From Phoronis australis (lineage: Eukaryota > Animalia > Phoronida): DNA of 64,000 nt. Made by a program: the position numbers and the translations under genes. Shown piece after piece: positions 34,201-46,100 of this stretch. The stretch lies in contig NMRA01000194.1 of the NCBI GenBank assembly GCA_002633005.1, positions 499,074-563,073 of the forward strand, written 5' to 3'. Every line of letters starts with the position of its first letter. Position 1 is the first letter of the stretch. Under the pieces are notes generated by a model that did no database searches, was not told the origin of the DNA, and was given only the letters and a program-made list of their open reading frames with translations.

Positions 34201-37200
34201 ACAGCTGATAGGATCATGTGATTTGCTTGTAACACGGTTTCGTCCAGCATCTTGAATATTTATTAGGTAGACTAAACAAGCCAGTTCACATGGGTTTCCC
34301 ATGTAAGTAGACGTGAAAACCTGTTGAAATTCACGTATTTTTGAGGTAAGTATATACACTAGGTTTTCAAAAGCTTCAATGGAATCTGCAAATCAGGATA
34401 GTCACACACTATATTTCACAACAACGTACCCTAAATTTTGGAACCCATTCAATGTTGCCGATGATGTGAGTAGTAATTTGCAAGGTATATCACGTTTTCA
34501 CGAAATCCATCCCGTGGCAATATATGTTTATACTCCTGGTTAGTACTCGACACAAAGAAAAAAACAAACCTTCAAATTATTGCAATTACGGCTTTACAAT
34601 TGCGTGACAAATCATCAGTGACCCCGTCATCGGCTGAACAGCGAAGCCCGAGTTCAGAGGGAAAAGAGCTTAAGATATCAATAAATTCAACATTTGCTTT
34701 TCCAAATAACTCCACGATGTTCAAATATTGATGGCATAAATTAATTATCGAGCGCTGTTTTCTCCATGTTCCCACCTTTTTAAGAGAAATCTGCATTTCA
34801 TTGCTGTGCCCCTACAGAGCGCTATGTAAAAATCGGCTTGTTAAGGTGACACTCGACAGTTTTTGGTAATTTTAGGCTTGAAAAAAACAGGTCTTGGCAG
34901 CTCCCACAACCTGTTCCACAGCCTGAAAACATGGACAGTATACTGAACCAAAGACTTCAAAAAACCTTGCACAAAGTCGTGCGAAGCTGCTTCGAAAATA
35001 TTTTTCTTTAACGCCTACTGGAAAGGCAGCCATGTACGCATACCCAAAACCAAAATTTGCCATTTTTGGACTGAGAGACACTGCATGCATTCAGACTACC
35101 AAATCTCCAGATTACATAGGTGAAAAGTGGGTGTCGACCAGCTTGAAGAGACTAGAATTTCATGCTAAATTTCAACTTATTGCTTGCAAGCAGTAAAGGT
35201 TTAAGAAAAGCCACGACTGAGGAAAAAGTGGCTCAAGAGCTCAACAACTGGCAAAGTTTCACTAACAACAACCCAAAAAAATGAAGCAAATGCTATTCAC
35301 CGCCTTCACTTGTAGTACAAAACTTAAAATGCCCAGGTAACCCTACAGGCGTCAATTTTTAACAAAATGGAGGCAGGAAAATTCAACTGTAGCTCAAAAA
35401 CCATTGTGTACCACCAAACTCTGTCTAGTTTTCTACCCAGCCTCGTCCACAAGCCTCAAGCTGACGCTGGTTGGTTTAGCCATTTGAGGCTTGGTTATGG
35501 GGAATGAAATGTGACACATTTTGAAAGTTTCTGGAGTTTTATACAAAAATGAAATCTAACGGTATATTGCAGCAAATTATTGTAAAAATGATGAATTTTG
35601 ATTCGAATAAGAAAGAATTGAAAATAAGTACGCGAACAACCTTTATTTCAAACAATAACCAAAACAATGCCTTCTGCTTCATGAATTGCAGCAACAACGA
35701 CTGTGAAAATAGTTAAAATCTGCCATTGTTTTAATGACGCCAAGGCAGCGGCAAAACATTGCGCAGAAGATAATTCCCATAACCAAGCCTCAAAAGGGAA
35801 AACCGATCAGCGCCATCTTGAGGCCTTGGGGACGAGGTGGGTTTACTACCATATTAAAGCGCATGCCCTACGCATGCCCAACTCGAAACCGTGGACTAGT
35901 ACATGGATGTACTAGTCCATGGTCTTTCTTTTCCCGCAAGAAATTTCCTCTACGAAATGCTTCCCAAATAGTAATCCCGGATTTTCCTACTCAGCAACTT
36001 TTTTTTTCTTCAAAATTAATTTTTTATGTCATTCAAATTTTAAGATACCATTTAAGGCTTGTTCGAAGCTGCCTGGGATTTGTTCTGTAGAGCAAATTTC
36101 TTACCAAAAAGCGAATACATAAGAGCACTCCAAAATCACACGAGCAAAGTCCGAGTGTTTTGCCAACGTGCTCGGTGTCTTACTAGCGTGCACGAACATT
36201 GTGGCCGCCTTTCAATTTTGTGAGGCTGGAATTCGAAGATATCTGGTCGCAATTATGTCACAAGTTTATTGCGTTTACGGGACGCGCCCTTGTACTCTAG
36301 TCGGCTGGAAATTGTCAATGTTGGGTCGCGACCGCAGGCGTGACAGCCTGTTACTTGCATGCGCGAATGTTGACGTCAGAAACACTTACAATATTTGACG
36401 ACACTGGTGTCCCTTTTCCCGTTGTGTACAAAGTGACTTGAGGCTTAAATCACAAATGTATTCGCTAATAAAGGGGGCACATTTTCCAAAAGCGTTGGAA
36501 AATTTCTCTATATTCAAGGAACAATTTACATTACGTCATGATGGGCAAACATTTATTTCCTTCAATAAATTAAAATTTTTTAAGTATGTCCCGAAGACGG
36601 CTGCATCTTTTTTCGAAATGGGAGGTCCAAGTAAAACTATAGGTTTCTGAAGAGAATTGTATATTACAAATAATGATTAGAAAATCGATAATGGAATTAA
36701 GTGTTGTAGTGGTTGCACCCAGCGTCTATAGAAATGAAAGTGTTGTGATATTTGCGCCCAGAAATAGTATAGAAATAAAGAAAAAAAATCATTTATTTTC
36801 TCGTGGTTTCTGTTAGCCGCTTTGAAGCCCTCCCCCCCTGCACTGCTCCCCTGGATCCGCCTATGTTAAGCCCTCGTATCGTCTCCGTTAAAGCTTACCT
36901 TGTCTTGCGCTACCAATGGGTTTGCCGCCACTCAAGAAATGGACGCTGACCATGTAGATATATTTCTATTGCCGTTTGATTAATCATAAAATTGATATGT
37001 CATTGAAGGTGTGAAACTGGATCTGTGGTAGGATCCACGATAATGACAGCTGCAGACTCCAATGGATGGGAATACAAGACATCCTTTTCAATTGACACGT
37101 GGCATCACGCTGTTCTCTCCTACGACGGCTCCGTTACATCTTTCTATTTGGACGGAAACAAAGTCAGTGGTTCGAACAGAGATTCTGGTAAGCTCTGCAT

Positions 37201-38598
37201 CTTTGAGTTTTTAGTTTATACCAGTTACGTGGCCACTTGAGATTTTGTCCCAAGAATCAAGGTAGCCATGTTAGGAATCATGCGAGGCTTTAGTCATGCC
37301 ACCATGATTTTTTCATCCGTTGTAAAGGTCTCTTGAAGGCGTTTTGGTCAATTTGGCATATTGTACTCGCTCTGAAAGATATTTCGAATCTTCAGTCGAT
37401 TTTTAACAGTACGATATCAACAATTCTTCCAACCGTAACCGTGGCAGGCGCTATGAGAAAGTCGCACATTGCAAACGCTTTGTCTAACAAACTCAATCGC
37501 TGTTGTATTAGTTGTGTTACGTGTTTCTGGCGTTTTTGTTCAAGTTAAAGATAATGCGTTGTGTAACGGTGCCGCAAGGAATACAGGTTACTTATCGTAG
37601 TCGGAATTTGCTCACTGCGTCACCACTTCCGGTTTTAGGAACTGCTGTTTCCCTTAACCTTATTTTTACAGAGGGCAACTGAAATAGTTCAAAATACTGA
37701 TAGGTAGAATATGCGAAATTGACCAAAAAGACATCAGAAGATAGTGCTCTCTCTCTCGAGAGAGAGAGAGAGATTTTGCTCTAACATGTGTACTATTGTC
37801 ACATTTCAGGTTCCATTCTCTCGTCAAACCAGCCATTTTATTTCGGTTACAACGACTACGACATAAGGGAAACGTTTCGAGGCTATATCGACGAAGTGAG
37901 TAAAAATTGCTCATTTTGTGCTATGTAAGCAAATCGAGTTCAATATACGCGAAGCGCATGGACGTAAATGGAACGTTAACTGCCGTTCGAAGAGTAGGTC
38001 CAAATTTTGCCGGTTTTTGTCGTTTGGCTAATCAATATGTCATTTCCGAGACACAGACACAGGAGTCAGTCTTACTGACTTCCTTCTTTGACGCTTTTTT
38101 CTGATACCCAAGTTTAATTTTGTCAACTTTGTTACTCCCAATAAATTGGAAAAACGATATGTTGTCTTCATTAAAAAAAACAGAAATGAACTAAGGTGTG
38201 TAGACAACGATTGGCATAGCGGATTTTCTTAAATTGTATCTTTTCTAATAAACATCGGGTTTTACACCGTCTTGAGAGAAAATTTGTAATCAGTCACGAC
38301 CTAGCATGCCAAAATTTTGCTCTCAACTCTCTGAACTTTGTTACACTCGATTACAGTTTCCAGCTTTTTTGGTGTGATAAGCCTTCTTCCAGTTCAACTG
38401 ACATTTATTCTATGTTAAAAATGGAGCATTTTAATCTTGAACCAGTCTTTTATGTACTCCGTTTATTTATCTAGTAGAAATTTCCACAACGGCTTGATCA
38501 TCATTTGTATTATTCATTTTCAGGTACGTATTTATGAGAGAGCATTGGACGAGCAGGATGTCGGATGGTTGTTGAGTCAGGGAGAATACAAAGTGTGA
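27928..38598 (+). CDS. Secreted PAN/Apple - WxxW (mucin-type) - LamG/concanavalin-like protein, copy 1 (425 aa, 8 exons)
   Basis: join(27928..28258,29112..29188,29821..30046,32553..32677,33638..33816,37009..37187,37810..37895,38524..38598); 1278 nt, all GT-AG and phase-consistent. Signal peptide; C..AC...C..NY....CEL; WT..N.DSPS...E with GLEC...C.DY.VSFQC; LAYWSFD..DQSGNG, WHH...YDG...YLDG, FRGYIDEVRIYERAL. AATAAA at 38877. Confidence 0.88.
29112..29188 (+). CDS. Copy 1 exon 2: WxxW domain N-part
   Basis: DKYWTVNYNIDSPSDAVENESLNSIK; TAG acceptor, GTAAGG donor. Confidence 0.88.
29821..30046 (+). CDS. Copy 1 exon 3: WxxW domain C-part
   Basis: VCHGLEP...CTPSGGLECRGASQNGGSCSDYTVSFQC; CAG acceptor, GTAAGC donor. 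Confidence 0.88.
30336..31249. mobile_element. PIF/Harbinger-like MITE (~915 bp) in intron 3 of copy 1
   Basis: TIR GGTGCTTTCCCATT/AATGGGAAAGCACC, TTA on both flanks, repeated subterminal CGAAGCTTCG palindromes. Confidence 0.75.
32553..32677 (+). CDS. Copy 1 exon 4: LamG-like domain start
   Basis: YLDSMLAYWSFDANYEDQSGNGYNGAG; TAG acceptor, GTACAT donor. Confidence 0.88.
33638..33816 (+). CDS. Copy 1 exon 5: LamG-like
   Basis: GGGSLFLNPDGVYV...MSVSVWFRR...GSFDI; CAG acceptor, GTACCG donor. Confidence 0.88.
37009..37187 (+). CDS. Copy 1 exon 6: LamG-like
   Basis: DTWHHAVLSYDGSVTSFYLDG; AAG acceptor, GTAAGC donor. Confidence 0.85.
37747..37772. repeat. (CT)n(GA)n self-complementary microsatellite
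   Basis: ctctctctctc-gagagagagagagag, ~40 nt before the exon 7 acceptor. Confidence 0.85.
37810..37895 (+). CDS. Copy 1 exon 7: LamG-like
   Basis: GSILSSNQPFYFGYNDYDIRETFRGYIDE; CAG acceptor, GTGAGT donor. Confidence 0.85.
38524..38598 (+). CDS. Copy 1 exon 8: LamG-like end and stop
   Basis: TTTTCAG|VRIYERALDEQDVGWLLSQGEYKV*. Confidence 0.85.
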   Translation, partial: VRIYERALDEQDVGWLLSQGEYKV

Positions 38599-39131
38599 TA
38601 ACCACTCGCGATCTTTTACTTGAACGACGAAGTAATTTGGTGGAATTCGCAATTCACTGGGTGGCGCTTCTGAAGCAGCGTCAGGCATTCAGGAAGTTCT
38701 AATCTCGCAAACCGAGCTACTTGTTCGTATTTTCAACCAATTCCGATACTAAAGAGGAAACCCTATGATCCTCAGTAGCGCCACCCAGTGGTCACCGTCT
38801 CTCTGTCGTTTATGTTTGTAAGCCGGCTTGATTTCAAGGAATGTTCGGCAGACATCGGCGAAAATTGGAGATGTGCAATAAAATAAAAAAAAAGTGTTCT
38901 TCGCCTGTACATTGACACAGAGACACTTGGGAATACCTGAATATGAAAGAGTTCATGATTTCAAAAACAAGGAATGACTGTCAAGAGATACATAGGATTG
39001 GCTTCCGTAAACGCAAAAACACACAATCACTTGAGTCTTTGCGACATTTTGCCAAGCATTACAAGCGAAACGGGATCACACTATCTTGCGAGTGCCTTGC
39101 ATCTACGGAACGCAGCTTACTGGGTAGGCCC

Positions 39132-39290
39132 CAGTGGCGGATTTAAGGGAGGGGGGTGCAAGGAGGCCATGCCCCTCCTAAAATTCTTCCAGATTCCACT
39201 TGGCACTTCGTGGGTGCGAATGTCTGGCGGGCAAAATTCTGGCAATACTAAGCCTGGCCCCCCAACTCGGAAATCCTGGATCCGACCCTG
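39132..39290. mobile_element. GGCGGAT-family MITE with 5-bp TSD GGCCC
   Basis: CAGTGGCGGAT...ATCCGACCCTG flanked by GGCCC on both sides. Confidence 0.8.
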
Positions 39291-41663
39291 GGCCCCATAA
39301 ACATCAACTGATATACAATATCAAAAACGAAGTGCAGCTATGCACTGTCTTCGAATTATCTTCGTGAACTTAGAAATCTGAAACAGTTTGCTCTAGATAC
39401 TCTGTATTTCAAGTTTCCTTAGTCTACTTCAAAGCATGGTAAAGGGCCCGTTCTAAAGCTCGTGACAAAAAAGCCCTGCTCAGGGCACCACAGGGTAAAC
39501 CCGGCGCCAGTAGTAAAAAAAATATTTTTGGTTTAACCAATCTCTTTCATTTTTCTTGTCATTCTCTTACCATTTTTGCCGCCGAAGCAGAGGACTAACT
39601 TCCTCCTGCCTCCCCGTCTAATTCACCGTTGCCATTAACCATCAAAATACCTGTTGAACAGTATATTTTCTATGCTCAAATAACATCTTGGGCACACCAT
39701 TCATTATTGTTTTGCGTATCCATTGGCTGTGAAAAGGCAAATAGATACTCAATAGATGGTACGTGAAGTGTTATTCTGGTCCCCGCGGTGGATTACAATT
39801 CTGTCGTTGGAACCAGCGAATCTTGGGATCGTTTTATTAAAGTCTATGCTTACCTAAGACTGTAGTGAGCACGTTACTGCGAAGGCAGCGCTGTGTTTTG
39901 TTAGGAGAGCAACATTTTGCAGCTGACGTAAAGTTGATAATTTTGTAGTCTGACATTCCAAGTAAACGACCGCTTTTACCAATCACCATGTGCAAATTGC
40001 AATCGAAATTGTCGCCGTCTTTGTTAAGACCAGATTTTCATCTTTCATAAAACCAGTTCATTCTGGTAACCGCGGGAGATACACAGTGCAGATAAAACTT
40101 CTATCGCCGATATGTCATGAAGCAACACTAACGTAATCGCCTGTTGTAGCCAAATTTCAAGAGACGATATTTACCTACGCTGGCGTGTCGAGTTGCGCTA
40201 GTTGCTTCTCTCCTACGTTATGTGCACTGCTATAACCTTGGTCATGTTTACTTCTTATCACGTAAATGTCACTGTGCAAAAACATAAGATTGTTCATTCC
40301 AACAGCACATATTCAGAAATATCCAACTGACGGGCTTTTCCCACTTAAGACCCACCTATTTATAGGGAGAGCCAGTGAAACAAAAATTATCATAATTGGC
40401 GAATATGAAACCACAACTGCACAAAAATGTGTTATAATTAAAAAGTCATATTTTAGCTATGAAATCATTCATTGACGTATTTAGAATTAAATTTTGTCGG
40501 GCTCAAAGGGAAGAATTTGCCCACTTGCTAAGACACAAAAAGTCACTTGTGTATTACTTGTTGCTACAGTTACAAGTTTATATCATATTTAACACGTTTA
40601 TAAACTTAAACCGCTTGAATTAGAACATCCACACAACAGACTAAATTTCTGCATGAGTCTAAAGCCACATTAGAGCTGAGTATCTCCCTACAAATGAAGA
40701 AAATGGGGTAAGTGTTGTTTGACGGCAGTTTTGTGAACTAAAGGGAAAATCATTGCCACGAATGATATTCGGTAGTTCCTTGAAGTTGTTTTGAGTAAAC
40801 TGAGTCCAGAAATACTAGAATATGGAAGTGCCGATATTTTGAGAGCACATGCTTGTCGGGTTTTGAATTCTTGGCGCGAATCCAGGAACCCTTCAGGCAC
40901 GTGGAAATTGTCAAAAATCTGAATAGTAATGACATATTTTAATCTAAAGTTTAGGAATCTTGGTTAAAAATCAGGTAAATTGTTTGGTCCATCTAGAGGG
41001 AAAAAGCAGTGATCAGACACAGCTGCGCATGAGTTTGCTGAGTTATGAAACCAGTACCTCCTCGACCTGGTGGAGTAACTAAGTTTGTTGCCAACACAGG
41101 TGCTATATCTGAATTGGTGGTACCTGTTAAACACACAACTACCAATAGTTACCCCACCTGGTGGTCAAACAATCAAAGGGAGAAAAAGCTACTAAGATGC
41201 AGTTAGTTGGTTGACATCCAACATCCAATAGCTGCTCTACCTGGTGGACAAACGATCATTGGCAGAAACAGCTAAGATGTAGTTGTTGGTTGACATCCAA
41301 CATCCAATGGCTTCCCAACCTGGTGGTCAAATCATAAAGCAATCCAAAGGGACAGATAGCTGACTAGTTGGATGACTTCCAACATCCAAGAGCTGCCCCA
41401 CCTGGTGGTAAAATCGTAAAGCTATCCAAAGGGACAGATGAATGGTTAGTTGGTTGACATCTAACTTCCAATAGCTGCTCCACCGGGTGGACAAATGATC
41501 ACTGGCAGATACAGCTAAGATGTAGTTAATTGATTGACATCCGACATCCAATAGCTGCCCCACCTGGTGGTAAAATCATAAACCAATCCAAAGGAAAGAT
41601 AGCTGGTTAGTTGGTTGACATTCAGCTACCAGTTGCTACCGCACCTGCTGGTTAAATCGTTAA

Positions 41664-42562
41664 AGGCGAAGGCAACCCTTTTTCATGTCTTTTTTAGCAA
41701 AAATAAGGTTCGTTGGTTATCCCAGACAAATTTTCCACTTAATTACAGCTTTTTGTAATTTAACTAATTATTCGTTCTCTACTCCGGAAGTGACGTTTTG
41801 GGAGGCAAGCATTTCGCGCCAATTTCTTTTCATATAGTCTGACTGTGAGAGCTGCCGAGTCAGTCATTGTTCTATCTCTGTTGTGATACGTTCGGTCGTC
41901 GTTTGCTATTGTTTACGAGTCAGTCAACATGCCACACTGTGGCTGCGTACCGGGTTGTACTCATTATTGTCTCACGGACAGAGTTACAACTGTCCCATAT
42001 GCCCGAGTGTACCGCGACACACTCCCACTGGATAGTGACCTGAGCACACAAACTGCTTACACCCCGCCGTGTGACTCCTTCGCCAGACACCTGGCACCTT
42101 CTATATAGCTCCAATACTTTAAACAAGTCCACAATAAACTTATCAAAGTTTGGCTCACCGATCTGTTCATGGAACGACGAATTGTACTCTTCACTGACTG
42201 GACCTGTATTCACTCCCACTACTCAACATCGCAGCAGAGCTGCTTACAGGCTTTGGGCCATAATGAGTACATCCCGGTACGCATCAACAGTGTGGCATGT
42301 TGACTGACTCGTAAACAAAAGCAAACGACGACCGAGCTTATCACAACGGAGGTAGATCAATGACTGACGCGACAGCTCTCATAGCCAGACTATATGAAAA
42401 GAAATTGGCGGGAAATGCTTGCCTCCCAAAACGTCACTTCCGGAGTAGAGAACGAATATTTAGTTAAATTACGAAAAGTTGTAATTAAGTTGAAAATATG
42501 TCTGGGATAACCAACGAACCTAATTTTGCTAAAAATGACATGAAAAAAGGTTGCCTTCGCCT
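41664..42562. mobile_element. Foldback non-autonomous element (~300-bp TIRs, TTAA TSD; Kolobok-like) inserted in the satellite
   Basis: TTAA-AGGCGAAGGCAACC ... GGTTGCCTTCGCCT-TTAA; arms ~41664-41966 and ~42260-42562. Confidence 0.88.
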
Positions 42563-43012
42563 TTAAGCTATCCAAAGGGATAGATAGCCGGTTAGTTCGT
42601 TGACATCCAACATCCAATGGCTGCCCCACCTGGTGGTCAAACCATAAAGCAATCCAAAGGGACAGATAGCTGGCTAGTTGGATGACATCCAACATCCAAG
42701 AGCTGCCCCACCTGGAGGTAAAATCGTAAAGCTATCCAAAGGGACAGATGACTGGTTAGTTGGTTGACATCTAACTTCCAATAACTGCTCCACCTGGTGG
42801 ACAAATGATCACTGGCAGATACAGCTAAGATGTAGTTAATTGATTGACATTCAACATCCAATAGCTGCTCCATCTGGTGGACGAACGATCACTGGCAGAT
42901 ACAGCTAAAATGCAGTTAGATGGTTGACATCCAACATTCAATAGCTGCCACACCTTGTGGTTAAATCGTAAAGCTATACAAAGGGACAGATACTTGGTTA
43001 GGAGGCAGAGAA

Positions 43013-43169
43013 CTGCCTCCTGTTCAGTAACGCTAGGACCTAGCTTAAAAGCAAGACTTTGCGAGATTACGAGAGATATTGCCGTGTATTTTAAATAAGA
43101 GCACGTGACCTTGACTAGCTTTTGGCTAGGTCCTAGCGTAGGTCCTAGCGTATACTGAACGCACGACAG
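43013..43169. mobile_element. Second copy of the 22216-22372 MITE
   Basis: Near-identical sequence and inverted repeats. Confidence 0.75.
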
Positions 43170-46100
43170 TTCTCACAAGCTTTTGCCTATCAGCACACGT
43201 CAATGGACTCTTCACCCTTTCTTCACTCTGTCAAAAACTGAATGCAAAGAAAGAAAAGTGTTGAGTCATTTCACATCACAAGCCTTATAGATGAGCACAG
43301 AAACTTTATTCTCTCTTGAATTTTTTACCCTTTCACTACCACTGAAATCCAGGTTAAACTAAGAAAAATAAGGTCTAAAAAACGCAAAATCAGCCCTTTT
43401 CACTCCAAAAACACCACTTCCCTGCAGACGCTCGACTAAAGCCAACATTAGAATTCGAAAGAAAATCTCCTACCGACTCAAAAATGTGATACAAATGTAC
43501 TGTCAACCAACTAGTTTTTTTGCAAATCTGGCTTGTTTGAGGGCTACCTGAAATCGAGGTCAAGTTTCTCAGTTGCTATCCAGTAATGCACAATTGCAAC
43601 AGGGGGCCACCATCTTGAAGAAGAGTGCAGCTACGGCCGAGCAAGTGGTCTTTTTTCATTCTCAATATATTTACAAATACAAACAAACCACATTCGCTTG
43701 GCCTGCATACAACACCCAACTAGAAAATGCCCCCAAGCCTGGCCTACCCCAAGATTTTAATATTTTGGGAGTGCAAATGGGCCGCAGCCTAACTGTTCAG
43801 TGCCACCTTAGTTGATTGACATCTAACATCCAATAGCTGCTCCGTCTGGTGGACAAACGATCACTGGCAGATAGAGCTTATATGTAGTTAAATGGTTGAC
43901 ATCCAACATCCAATAGCTGCCCCACCTGGTGGTCAAATCGTAAAGCTATACAAAAAGACAGATAGTTGGTTAGTTGGTTGACATCCAACATCCAATAGCA
44001 AATTTTATTTCAATTGTTAAAAAAGCAAAATATATTTTTATAAGAAAAGAAAATTATCTTAAAAGTAAAACATGTTAAAAAATCACAAAAACAATTTTGA
44101 AAATATTTTGAATTTAAAATGGAAAAAATTGAAAGTAACAGGTGTTCAAAAAGAATATCTGATATAAAACAATTTAAAAAATTTTGAAAGAGAAACAGTT
44201 TTAAAACCATAATAAAATCACTTTTGCTTTGTGTCTCCACTTTCAAATGATTTTAAAATGAAAAGCAACCCCTGGCTGCCACAGTTGATGAGTTCATGCA
44301 GAGAATTTTTTGCATACACTGGTCACTGCTCACATTCACTTGGCCCCAGACAATGTTTATGATGACTATTCAGCTCACCTTTTGTATTGATGTAGTTCTG
44401 AGAAAATTAATAGCTTGTACTACTGTCTCAAAAATGATGATTGTTATTATGCCCAAATTGGTTTCCCCTGGAAATTGCACAGAGTTACAGTATACAACTA
44501 TGAAGAGTAGTTTTAACTTGTTACATTAAATATTACAAAATTACTAAAAAGTTAATTTGTTTAAGTTGACCATGGGCCACTTCCCAAAGGAACGATGGTT
44601 TTAACCATGTTTCAAACCGGTTTTTGTTATTTCAGTTTAAATACTCCTGTATATTTGTTTTTTATCGCGAACGGGTTAGTTGATATCTTTTTATTTTATT
44701 GTTAAACTTGAAGTACCAAAACTGGTATATTTTGATAGCCAGCAAAATTTAACTAGTTTAGTTAATTGTGAAACCATCCCTGAACTTTCCAGATTACAGC
44801 TACACTAAACATTTCACCGCAAACAAAACTACACGAGTCATTACTTTAAGTTTAGTCGTTATGAGAAGTCAAGTTATAAAATATATACTAAAGTGCAAAT
44901 GTTGTGATAGCCAAATTGAATATTTGGAATCTCTAAACAATTTCGATTGCACTGACTACATAACTATTCTAGCTTTTTCTCCACTCATAAAAAATGCGAG
45001 GACACAAGTTAAGTACAACTGTGTCAGAGTCAAAAATCTGTTAAACGAGATAGAAAGAATATTAAAAGAATAATCCATGTGATATTGTCAACTCTGATCA
45101 GTGTTTATAAATCCACAGAGTACAGTGTATGTCAATACGCACGATAATTTATCTTTAATCGTACCCAATGTTAGTAGTTTTTAGGTTATTAGTTCATCGG
45201 TTTTTAAAAATCGAAAACATTACTTGGTTGTTTTTCCAACTGACTACCGCCGTGGTGTTTGTTTTTAACGCATTTGTTGATGCATTTTGAAAATTGGCCA
45301 TTTTGTACATGCAGAGATGTTTATTAAAGCTTAGGGTCGGATAATTACACTTTATTGGGTCTTTCTCCCAGGCATTTACTTCGATCATTGCCGTTTTAAT
45401 AAAATGCAACTATGTAAGTCAAAAGTGGTCGCCAACCTACGCCATAGTAAACTGAAAGGGGTTTCCAAGATTCCAGCCAATAAGAATGACTGAATGTTGT
45501 GACGTCGGTGAAGTCACGATAAACAACATTACACAGTGTTACCTTTCGTAGCACTGTGGAAGAGTGTACCAGCTAATCAGCTAACTCACCTTTTGGAAGA
45601 TCTGATCACGAGGTGGGGCAGCACCATTGTGAATTACGCGTTTGCGCATGTTTAATGAACTGATGCCTCATTTTCTCGGACTTATTGTCGCTTTTTGCCC
45701 ACTTCGCCAAATGGGGGGCTCGTTCGAGCCCCCCCCCCCTGGGTGCGCGCATGCAATATGACCACCAGGTGGGGCAGCTGTGAGATGTCAGGCAACCAAC
45801 CATTTATTGGGATACTTTTACAATTTAACCACAAGGGTTTGGCAGTAGTAACGTGTTCACCTAACTAGTTGGTTGACACCCACGTAAGATTTTTATCGTT
45901 TATCATTTGGCCACCAGGGGCATTCGTTGTTAACTTAGTCTAACTCACCAGCTGCCTCCCTGTTTCACAACACCCCGGCCAACCCGCGATCGAGAACGCC
46001 CGGAAGGCGATCGAGAACGAAATTTGGTGCGAGAAGCGAAGCCAGGCAAGGTGAGTACATTTGATGAATTTTCGTTGTTTTTACTTCCAATGTGAAAACA

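Larger units (their letters stand above)
41060..43998. repeat. ~80-bp satellite with two unit subtypes, about 15 units in three blocks
   Basis: Recurrent GTTGACATCCAACATCCAATAGCTGCCCCACCTGGTGG every ~80 bp at ~41060-41659, 42567-43000 and 43810-43998. Confidence 0.9.

Noticed and set aside
34841-36450. Possible TTAA-flanked element expanding intron 5
   Set aside because: A left end (TTAAGGTGACAC) is visible, but no convincing matching right end was found.
41060-43998. Regularly spaced repeats resembling a CRISPR array; repeated ORFs 41327..41563 and 42637..42873
   Set aside because: The apparent spacers are themselves repeated, there are no cas genes and the context is eukaryotic; the ORFs are satellite artefacts.
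43999-44260. AT-rich ORF 44010..44246
   Set aside because: Low-complexity A/T sequence.
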